From Balanoglossus misakiensis (lineage: Eukaryota; Animalia; Hemichordata): DNA of 64,000 nucleotides. The notes beneath the pieces are model-generated. The model saw nothing but the letters and a program-made list of their open reading frames with translations, was not told the DNA's origin and did not search any database. Positions 26,178 through 38,100 of this stretch are shown piece by piece. The stretch spans positions 1,959,745 through 2,023,744 of the forward strand of contig CM082591.2 of the NCBI GenBank assembly GCA_040954595.2, given 5' to 3'. The position numbers were made by a program, and so were the translations under genes. The first letter of the stretch is position 1; every line of letters begins with the position of its first letter.

Positions 26178-29100
26178 TCAGAGGCATTCTTGAATCTTGT
26201 TGATCCACTCATCGGCATGATCTTTAGAGTCAGCCAGGAAATTGTACACTCTTCGTATTGTCTTCAGCTGATTAAACAGAAAACAGAGACATTTGTTATT
26301 CTTTTGAAGTCTGTTACTATCATTCGTGTGTAAGAGAAGACACATGGGAACCTTCGCAAAGCCAGAGCACATCATTTGACTTGGTTGAAACTATTACTTA
26401 TAGAATCGCGAATAGCTCGGTTTTGGGCAGCCATAAAGGTCAGCAATTCGAGCGGCCATTTTGGGTCAAAGGTCATTATTTGCATACTCACGTCAAAGAA
26501 TGCTTTATCTTCAGCTTTCTTTGGAGCACCAGGGAGTGCTACAGACGACAGCTGTAGGGATTCAATTTCCGAGAGATCGATGAACCCCTTGCAGTGCGTG
26601 TCTTCCTTGGATTCATAATATCGGAGCTGTAACAGAAAGAACAACTGAATTTATCTTGCCTTGAACATATACTTTTCAGAGGAAAAATTCAAATCTGTAC
26701 ACAGAATAGTCATACAATATGTAAATGTTTTTCTTTTAATTGCAACAATGTATATGAGAAAGGGAAAATATTTGAATATCAATCTGCATTATGGAATCAA
26801 CAGTAGATGTAAAAGAGCAACATATGAAATAATAGGGTTTATAATAATCATAGCAGGTACTTTACAATGACAACTTGACTCTGATTGGACATTGGGATAT
26901 GCAAACTAACCTGGTGCTTGGTAGAATCCAATACGAACCAGCGTTGCTTCCATCCTTTGAGAAGTGCACCTCTCTTCCAGAGATATCCCTCGTGGGTTCT
27001 TGTTTCACTGACCTGAGCTGATTGCCACGAGTGATCGTAATAGGTGGGAGTTGTTTGACCTGCAAACAAAATCATACATGTTACGATTAATTTATTTTGC
27101 TTGTCATTTTTTGCATTGCAGGATATCTTTAAATTGTTGTGTGTGTGTGTGGGGGGGGGGGGAGTTACTGTCTGCATGTTATTCTGAATAGGTTTAAAAA
27201 TAGGCACCACAGTAAACTGATGTAAAAATCCTGAGTCAACAATGTATCTAGTTCCCCTGTCTGCTACACTAACTCTTTCATCCCCAGTTCCCTCTCTAGC
27301 GGTCCAACCTTACCATAGAAAACAATGGGCTTGGACCGAACCATGGTGGTGAAAGGGTTAAAGGTTAAACACTGATTTGAAGACTCTGCAATACATCTGC
27401 AGTTGACAATCACTGACCTCCTGAAATCATCGGCGTTGACTGCGGCGTGACTCGAATCACCTCTTCCATCGATGTCTGCGATTGTCGGAACGATGATTCC
27501 CGGCTCATCTTCACTTTGCCACACTGCTTTGGGACAAGATTCTGACATTTGTCATGGCAGTTGTAACCGCATTCTGAGCACTTCATGCCTGTAAGATGTG
27601 GATGAAGAAATGGAAATACACGAGCTTGAAGATTCGATCATCAAAAACATCAGCCACACTGGACAAGATCACAAAACAAAAAATATTTCATGCACACAGG
27701 CCACATTGTATCAGATCACCAAACACATATTAGCCACATTGGATCAGATCACCAAACACATATTAGCCACATTGGATCAGATCACCAAACACATATTAGC
27801 CACATTGGATCAGATCACCAAACACAAGCTGTCCTTACCTTTGTATCCTTGCTTCACTAACCCCCAAAGCAAATGTTGGCAGTAGTCGCAGTATGTGGGA
27901 GTTACGTAGCTGTGTGTTTCAAAGTGATGCGGCTGTGTTTGGGACTTGCTTCCCTCTTTCCCCTGTGAAAAGGTAAAAATAGAGAGATGAAATGTCAGAG
28001 CTCAAATTAGGAGTAAATACATTTTAAAAGTTATGAATAAAATCATCACGTACAGCATTTTTCTATGGTGTCTTTTAAGTACAATGGTTTAAGATTCCTA
28101 CTTCTGTTTTTGTGGTTTCAACAAATCATGTACAACAGAGCAGTTAGAATTTTTCCAGTTAACAAGACAGCCACGTTAAATAAATATACCACATTTGGGT
28201 AGATACAAATGGCATCATTGTTGACGTGAGGATTCCTGATACAAGTTTGACATCTGCACATCAAAATCAGATTCTACCTTTGTCAGTATTTCAATTGTTG
28301 TTTTCTTGTGCATCGAAGTGCCATGCTGTCGGACCATTTCATTGGCCATCGATGTCCGTGCCGCCAGCATCTCCATCGGGCTCTCCAGTTTTTCCCAGAC
28401 AAATTTCCACTTCATCGGGAAATGGCACAGATCCATCTCCAAGTGGCTCATCTCCTGTTTGTCAAAAGAAGAAAAGAAATATAGTTCAGTCATGAAACCT
28501 GTGTCAGTGGCCACCTCTATATAGTGGACACTTTGTTACAGTCCCTGTGCAATTGACATGTACAGTCAAACCTTTGTCAGTGGCCACCTCTGTATAGTGG
28601 GAACCTGTCTACGGTGGCCACTTTGTTAAAGTCCCTGTACAATCAACATGTGCATAATTAACCTGTCTATAAAGGCTACCTGTCTATAAAGGCCAGTTTA
28701 GGAAAGTCCCTTGACTGGCCATTATAGAAAGGTCTGACTGTAAAAAGACAATCATATAAATTCTGATACTGCTATCTTACCTCCAGTAGCCATCTGAACA
28801 TATCAAGCTGAGCCTCCGGTATGTTGTCATAGCAGCCATTGATGATCCTCCTGTCGGTTGGCAAGAGTGGTCCCTCTTCATTCTCCTCGTTGGGCTCTGT
28901 TGCCTTGGTGACAAACTCTCTGTCGTAGGTTGATCCTGTTCTCAAGTCTTCATTGATGTAGTAGTCCCATATCCGCAGGTTTGCGATGTCGGAATATGGC
29001 CGAAGAACCTATATGTGAACATCATATTTTGTATTAAAGTGACATCAAAGTTTAACAATATATAGGTGCCATACCCTTTTATTCTCTTAATTAAACAAAA

Positions 29101-32100
29101 GTAACTTACGTTGTCTCTGACTGAGGGCGCATACATGAAGTTGTAGAAGAGAGGCGTTTTCAGATGTATACTGTCGATGTAATCCCACAGGGATTTGATC
29201 TGAATTCCTTTGGAAATGCCATCACCTCTCTCACCGATTTTCCCTGATTTGGTCCGAGAATCTTCAAATAGTATACCTGTAGAACAAAGACAGGGTTAAC
29301 TTTAATACAGATGTTTATTGGATTGTCTGCCCATGGCGTGAAACAAAACTTCTGGACTTACCATGTTCAAATCTTTCACACTCGGAGTCGAAGAAGAAGT
29401 TTCTGAACCTGGCCGAGCAGTAGTGGTAGGCAATGAACTTGAGAAAGTACTGGTTGAACTCAAACGATAGTGGAAACTGGTTCAGGACCTGAATACGAGA
29501 ATAAAATCCATGGAAGATTACAATGACAATTAACCATTTTCCGAACTCCATGACCTCGCGAGATTTTGCGTGGTTAGACAATTTATATGGGAGGACATTC
29601 GCATGACATAGGACAACACAGTGACTCATTGTGTTAAATGGCACAAAAGTTGCAATTGTTCTTAAACTCTGCACCAATTCTAGTTTCATGCAAAGCTAGA
29701 CTTGTATTAGTTGGCTAGAAACCCGTATCCACAGTAATAAATAAAGTCTCGTGAGATCTCGCGATGAGTGGAAGTTCATCTATTCACCAACCTGATGAAC
29801 TGCATCCAGAAATTGCAAGAATATCGGCGCAAAGCCACTGCCTTGGTGGGCCGCAGTGTGATTGCATCTGTGTGTAAATTTATGTCCAAAGGCCAGCCAT
29901 TCCTTCTCGATCAGCACCCGGAATCCGTCAATGGTTCGGTAATATGGATCCAGAAGGATTTGGGTCAGTGAAACCACCTGGAAAGTGGGAAATATCGAAA
30001 TGTGATGTTCTTTACACCAGGGAACAGAATTGTCATATGGGTTTTGACAAGTAACATTCACTGTTCACACATAATTCACAGTAATTAATAGGGGCCCAAG
30101 TGCCCTCAGGTGCTTGGGCCCCTTCTGTTATTGCTGGAGTTTTTCTTCTTTCTTCTTGAGTCGTTTTTTCTCAGAAACCCTTGCCCCTGCGCTTATCAAA
30201 CTTAGCACTCTGTTGAGTGTGTTATGAACAGTTGCAAACACTTTGCACAGCTCAACAGAGAGTATAATTATTTCAGGAGAGCACCTCACAATATACAGAC
30301 ACTTTTTCCTGTGAAAATTCTTCCAGATGAGGGGTAATTCAATCAAGTGTATATATCAATATTTTTTACAAACCTGTGCAGTGAAATCGCTCCCATCTTC
30401 CATACTAATCATGACCGACGACCCTTGTATGTCCATCAGATCAACGGCTGCTCCTGCTAACTGCATTACGTTTTGAACCTAGTTGCAAGCACAAAAATAA
30501 TTAGAATTCAGAAATTGCTGGTGACAGCCAGAAGGAAGGACAGATGGACGGACACGACCTTATCTGTACATCCCCCACTTCTCAGGGGACAAGAACATGC
30601 ATTTACCTGAGCAAGCCACTCTGTATCTTCCACCAGTTTGTGAAACGAGACTTCAGGATCGGTCAGCGGAACACTGGAAACGCACGCCCTCATCAACTTC
30701 TTAAAGCTAGCCTTCACGTGCCGCACTTCATTGAAGTCACATGGTATGAAGTCACACTTGGGGAAGTTTTCGGTCTTTATGGCCTGTGTGGAGAAAATGG
30801 ACAGAATTTGCAAGGACCGTTTCAATTAAATCAAGCAATAGAGATTTGAACTCGTAAGCTACACTAGTTGTATAGTTGTATTCTAATTACGCTTAGCAAA
30901 GGTGGCAAGTCTTTATGGCCAAATGTCGCGTATGCAACGAAATAATCGACACTCAACACAAGAGGGCACACTGCCAATGCAAACGTCCAACGTACCTTCA
31001 TTTGAGACTTCTCCCCAAACACATACAAAGCCGCTTTATGGGGTGCTGGTGGTACCATAGTCCCATCCTTGGCATCAATCCCACCTTCCGGTTGTTGTGA
31101 GCCTATTTTGTGTGCAAGACGAGCCCCAACATCGGTATTTAAAGTATTCGGGCTACCGCTGCCCGACGGAGATGTACGCAAGCTGCCCCATTTTGTAAGT
31201 CCTAGACACACACACATATATAAACAAGGGTGCCAAATAAAAACCACCAAAGCAACCCAAGGAACGGAATTTGCAGGGGGAGGTCAAACAAAGAAAGTAA
31301 GAGCCGAATAGTGAGTGACGAGAAATGCAAAGAAAAATCAAGACTTTGATGCAGTTGCAAGAAAGAGGGAAAAAAGACAGAAAAAGAAGGAACCAAAATT
31401 CTAATCTATACTCATACCAAATTTCTATTTAATTTTGGTCTTGCAGAACACACAAGAGGTAATGACTTTGTTCTTTTCTTGATTTATTTTTTCTATCAAC
31501 AGAAGAAGCACTGTGTTAAGATTTAGCACTGTGTTAAAAACTGGATTAAGTACAAGGCTAACAACATCACAGTCTACAAAAAACCTGACATAAGAGTGAT
31601 TTCTGAACAATTTCTGCCATCTAATACTTCACAGATTTTTCCTCCATCATTCCACAAAAATCAGTTGACATGCTTTTAAGTTTACGATTGTGAGAATCAC
31701 ATTTAAAGTTTGGTTTTATCATGTTAGAATGAAAGAAAATAGGACACATTGATTCATCTGTGAATGAGGTGACATTAAACACAACTTTTCAATTAAGATT
31801 TGCATATATTTTAATTAAAATGTAACCCACTGAAATGAACAGACAAGGAGAAGGTAATCATATCTCATCTTTTACCAAAAGTTAATTTTATTTGATTAAG
31901 CAATTTATAACTTTCACAGATTTTATCGTTAGGTATGTCAGTATTGAATCACTGTTGGATGAATACTTATGAGAATTTTTACATTCTATCCACGACAATA
32001 AAGCTAAATTTTAATTAGAGAAACATTTTAATAGTTTTACCACTTAATATGAACTCTTAAAATTATATTATCATAAAAGATTAATGAAAGGAAAGAAAAC

Positions 32101-35100
32101 AAAAGCTAAAACAGCAAATGCATTAAACAGAAATAATACTTTATAGAAAGTTGCGGATGGGATGCAAGAAAAAGTTGCGGAAACAGAATTGGTCAACAGG
32201 AGGCTTTGAATCTGATTTCTTGAATTTTGACTTTATCTCTCCTGTTTACCAGAAAATAAAAACAGCTTGCAGATGCACTGGAGTTTATGGGGCAGCTGGC
32301 TACATTTTCAAACATGCACGGCAGCAAAGTTCTGAGCTTTTTTATTTCTTCTTCATGTAGGATCACCATTAGAATCAAAATGGCCGACCATTAGAATCAA
32401 AATGGCCGACTTGAGGGATAGAGCTCCCTCTGGAGTCTCGAGTGGGAAATGCGACAATGCTGCAAACTGTTTGTTGGTTGGTTAAAAAACAACTCAGAAC
32501 TCCACCATGTCAATTCGCTTTTAAACTGCCACAGCTCAGAAAAACTGCAACATTTTCACATGCTGTTAGTGCTACTGTTTCTCCTTCTTTAATGGAACGT
32601 TCAAGAGTAACGTAGTCACATTATCCAAGACCATTCTCTCTGAAAATTCTAATTGATCGAATAACGAGGCATTTAAAATTGATCATTCTGCAAATAAAAC
32701 ATGCTGAAAGATAGGTAGATAGTAATCGTTTTTACAGTGATATCTGTATCTATCACAAAGAATTGTCACACACTTCAGTCATGATATCAATTCAAAGAAA
32801 GTGTATTATGGATAAATGAACCATGTAATTTGCATGACACTGGAAAACAAGACGTTAACCCTTACACCCCTAGTTCCCTCTTAAGAGGTCCAACCTTACC
32901 ATAGAAAACAATGGGTTTGGACTGAACCATGGTGGTGGAAGGGTTATTTGAATGCTCCAATGTGGGTAAAATCTCAAACAAACTTGCATTATGGGTACTG
33001 GTAACCATCATTATGTGGTAATCAATGGCTCACTCACCTCTGAAGCTGTTCATTCCTTTGCCGCCACTCCCCCGGATTCCTGTCATAGCTCTGTATATTG
33101 CACTGCCGCCAACCTTGCGTGGACTTTCCGACCCTTGTGGCGGAGAGCCTGTCGCTTCCGACGTTGGTGTCAGGACGGAGTTGAGACTCACGAGGGAGTC
33201 TGTGTTGTGGTGACTGCCGACGGGCGTATTGGCCACGATCGACTGGAAATACTTCTCTTGTTCAATGCTACGGCTGGTCTCAGTCGTTGTTCCTAAATTA
33301 GAATATGGTGTCGTTAACCTCAGAAAACAATCTCTTAGTGGTCTTCTGATTTAAGGCAGCCATAGTGGATACTGTAACATGGGAGGCATACTTATACAAA
33401 TGGCAGCCATATTTGTTGATGCATTCTGGGAAGGCAAAGTCGACTGAAAATGTGGCTGCCATATTGGATAGTGAACCATGGGACGGTTAAGTGGCTGCCA
33501 TATTGAATAGTGCATTATGGGACAGACAACTGACAAAGGACACACAGACATATGCAATGATTACCTGCTGTGGTGTTCTGCACGACCGACGACTTCATCA
33601 TCCCCATCACGCCTTTGCCATGGAAACCGCTGCACCTCAGCAGTAGCGCCTTCGTTCTGGGGTGGCGCCACGTGATCGCCGGGAAACGCCCTTGGCGATG
33701 ACACTTGCTGAGTGCCTTGCGGACGTTCTCGTCTGCCACGACAGAAGGAACCACCACCAATGCTGGATAACTGAATGAAAAGGAAAGTGTTTCAAAATAC
33801 GAGCACTGAGCAGATATTTTTGCGACCAACAACATGAAACTTTTCTTTTCAATTTAATTTTTCTTTACTTACCTCCTACATGCAGTATATTGCAGATTCA
33901 CTTCCGAGATACGGAATGGCTCCGTTGACTTCTGCCGGGTAGATCCCGGACTTCCCAATCCCAGTCGCTGATAATCCTGGACATACGGCCTATCCATCAA
34001 TTTGTCTGCGGAAAGGGTATCGGACGCCTTCAGGGTGTTGGTCTGAATCTCGATCTCTGATTCATCCACTGTTGCTGACAATGAAACAAACACCGAGTGG
34101 ATAAATATTAAAATCATATCATTCACTGCTTGCATATCCTATACACGTTATGTTTCAATATAAGGAGACACCCCTGTCTTCTTCGGAATGGAATGACCCC
34201 ATCCATCCAAACTGACTGGAACAATCCAAAGTAGTGATGGATATGGGTATGTTTTGACAGATGAGGTGCAAGCCATGTGCAGCAATTTCCTGTGAGAAAT
34301 CAGACAGCGTTCTGTCACAGTGAAAAGTTAGCCACAGGAAACAAAACACATTCACAAAGATGATTAAAAGTGGAAAACACACAAATTATGAACACATGTC
34401 TTAAAAAATTTGCGCCCTCCCTGTAGCAGCAGGCCTTTTAGCCTTTTCCGCAACTGCCCACACAGAAATTCCTCACGAGACTCTTCTGGCAAAAGATGCT
34501 TTACCAAAACTAAAGACACAGCATACAGTGACTAATTTTAGTAAGAAGTCTGCCCGCAGGAAACTTACAATGTATTAGAAAGCTTTAGGCAACAAAGCAG
34601 TGTTGACCCACTCCGCCAAGCACTCACAGCTTGCCACCAAGTAGATAACGAGCCATTTGTTTCCTTTTTTGAGAATTTGCAAAATTTCCAAGCCATGCGG
34701 TCTGCTTACCTTCCAAGATGGAGGGTTGGGATCCCCACCGTTTACCTGTTTATCAATTGACATATTAATAAGGGTTAGGGATTTCCACTGCAGGCACAAC
34801 AGCAATGGATGGTGGACCTACTGAACTGCAGAGGCCAGTAATAATCGATCTTACGTCAAGCTTGTGATTGCGCAAGCGGATGAACCAACATGGATGCTTT
34901 TTATGCCTTTTATGTACAATTTTAAAAAATTCTCTTCGTTTTGTCTCAAGAGGACAAGTTTCACACTTCCACCATCATTTTCCAATCCATTTTTGACCGA
35001 TGCAGCAAGTGGTAGTAAACATCGCCCTCTTGAGACATACTTCTGACATCTGTTTCTTGCCAATGAGAGTTTAATATTACCATTAGAAGTTCTCAATAAT

Positions 35101-38100
35101 GTAGCAGGCAGATTTATATGACAGCATATTGCAGATATGAATTTATTTTGTGCTTTCATTATGTCATGATTATATTTGCTATATTCTGTGAAATGTGATC
35201 ATAAGTTTCAGGCATGATATGCTGCCATTTTCACACTATATCAACTTGGAGAAATTATGCATGTACCATTACAGTTGAATAACGTATGGCCAGCTGAGTG
35301 ACAAATCTCACACAATAAGCTTGCAGAACACTGCTGCACTTGGGTCAACAGTCTTGAGAGTTCTTATTGGCTATCCAACTGCTGAAACCACAATGTACCC
35401 AACAAATATCCAATCACAGGTGTTCTACTAAAACTTATGATCTGTCAACCTTACGTGCTGGGAGGAGATTTCTGGTTGGTTATTACAAATGGTCAGCACT
35501 GTCATGAGTTGCTTTGTTAGTAATGATGGCTGATGAGAGCTTTTCACAATGACTTTAAAATGCTGGAAAACTAATGTCGGCAAGAGCTCTGGCAACTACT
35601 TCTACAAATAATAAATCATGAAAACAAATTTTCATCAGATGTGATTTCTGCAAACATTTAATCACATCTGATAGGAAACATTTACGCAAAAACACATTCC
35701 ACAAAGCATCACACTGCAAGGAATATTTTATGCATGGACAGATGACTTTCGGGGAATTTACAATTGCAGGTTTTCTGGAAAATTCAAGTTGGGGTGGGGG
35801 TTAAGTCTGTCGTTAGTCATTAAACGTCTTAAGTTTTTCTTCTCAATTAACACCTCCTCCATAAAGTAACATTTAAGTAGTATTGAATCACGGTCTTTCT
35901 TTGGACCCCCACATTTGAATATTCGATTATCAAATTATTCATAAACACCTTATCAAATAATTTAGTAATGGGTCAAGTGAAAAGTAATATAGATTACTTA
36001 CAAATTACCAATATACCTTAACACACAGTCAAAAGGAAATCTGAGAGAGTATTTTCAAAGTACAGATATTTTTTGTTTAGTTTTTATCAAGTTATACCAA
36101 CCTCGTTTGTTGACTTTGATGGGAAGAGTATTTGTAGTTGTCAGAGTCATATCGGAAAAATCAAAATGAACAACAGGAGCTGCGGAATCGGGAACGAAGA
36201 ATAGTACGACACACAAAAACAAAAACAAATAAAAGAAAAGAAAAGAGAAAATCAAAAGAAATAAGTATTTGTAGAATTTTTTTTTTCCAAATTCTTAAAA
36301 TTTATGTCCAAATTCAACCATAACTGATCATGCAGTGAAACAACCGATAACAGACACAGCTCCAAGATGAAAAAGGATAATGGTGCATTGTGGGTAAGTC
36401 CGAAAAGTGTGCCGTGTGCAAAATTTTACCCTGTGCAGTGTTATGTCGTGGGGATATTAGTTTATTTGTTTAGATTCAATTTTTTGAAAGGGTGTTTTTT
36501 TGGGACGTTGTGTAATTATAAATAAAAGGTCAATTTTGTTCTGTTTATAGTTTCATCAACACAACGAGGTCACACAAATTTGCTTTTTCATGGAATGAGG
36601 TAACCTTCATGCATTTATCCACTTGATTATCATAACAATTATTATCAGTCAATTCCTCGTCATCACATCCATGCATCATAAAGCATGTTAGTCTTTTAAA
36701 AAATAAGAGCTTTAGATCTGCAAGTGTTTTCTTATCATAGTTTCAACAGCGAGAAAAGCCAAAGTATTAAATGTCAACACATGGGGTTATATCGCAGTCT
36801 GTATCTGTGCTCAACTTTATTTTATTAACATTGAATTCAGGATATGATTTTAAACTGTCCAAATATTCCTCTAGAAATTCAAAACAGAAATTGAAAGTGG
36901 AAAACAAAACTATTGGGGGGGGATAATTTGGTTGATACTGCCCCATGTATAGACGTTTAAAATCAGCCTTTTCTCTCTCTCATTCTCATTTTTAGACAGT
37001 TCTGTATATCTCATCATATTAAACCCTCCTCCCCATGTCCATCATAGAATGATCTGAGCAAGCATAGGATAGCAACTGGCTCATACCAAAGTTCAATAGA
37101 AAACAGGGACGAGAGGGTCAAATTTGTTGATAGTGTTACTATCATGCAGTGAGTCACCCCCAAAAGCTGAACCAGCTGGAGTTCAAGTAAAACACGGGAA
37201 GTTAGTATCATAACAGGAAGTGACATCACAGGAAGTGACATCAGGCCTGACTGTACTTCTGAGCGTGATCTCTGGATATATGATGTGCTTATACTTATTC
37301 CTAAACTCATTTTAATTGCGAGGAAACAAACAAAATTTAACCTGGATTCTTTTTTTAACCAAATAAACAATATTTTCCATTTAGTTTAAACTTCCACAGC
37401 AGGAAGGGAACACTTGTTTCATTGTGCTCGCTATCACAGGCAAGTACCATCTGATCTGTTGGACATTATGTTTCTAAAGCAACAAACAAAATTCCTTTTA
37501 TCCATTCCCCTTTCCCTTCAAAACATTCAGAGATCACAAACAAAGACAGCCAAGCCTGAAGTCAAAAGTAGAGAAATATTTGTGCACCTGTCCGACCATC
37601 AAGAAATCGTCGTCTATCGGCTTCAAAGCTAGGTGTATTCAGACTCGGAGTTGACCCTGGCGACGAGAAATCTAAACCTGGGATAAAAAGGTCGATTAAT
37701 GCATTGAGGTGTTTAAAACCTTTTAAGAAGCTCATATCATTATTAAAGTGGGTTGGTTTACAAGGGAAAAAATGTTAGACATAACAGACTGTAGGAAGTG
37801 CTGATATACAAATTAAATGTATACATCAAAAAGATCGATAACACAATATTTCAATGGGAGTTAGTAGACATGTAGTGTTTGTGTTACAACTTTGCCATGT
37901 TAACAGACTTTCTAGACAATCATTTCAAGAGGTATAAGATTTCTGATGTTATTGGAACATGGTTTTTAGGTTGTACACAGGCTGGTCAAATGAAGGCAGG
38001 TTTCTTTGTGGTATACGGGTGGGTGAGAATTGATGCCAAAGTTATTTCAGTCTTGCTTGTTTGTTGGGAGTTAATGCAGAGCTACAACAACAGAGTATAT

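Noticed and set aside
32364-32410. 23-bp direct duplication ACCATTAGAATCAAAATGGCCGA
   Set aside because: Simple local tandem duplication; no further structure.
34851-35159. 102-aa minus-strand ORF as another SBF cassette exon
   Set aside because: The available donor gives phase 2 in the open frame, and there is no clear acceptor or recognisable motif.
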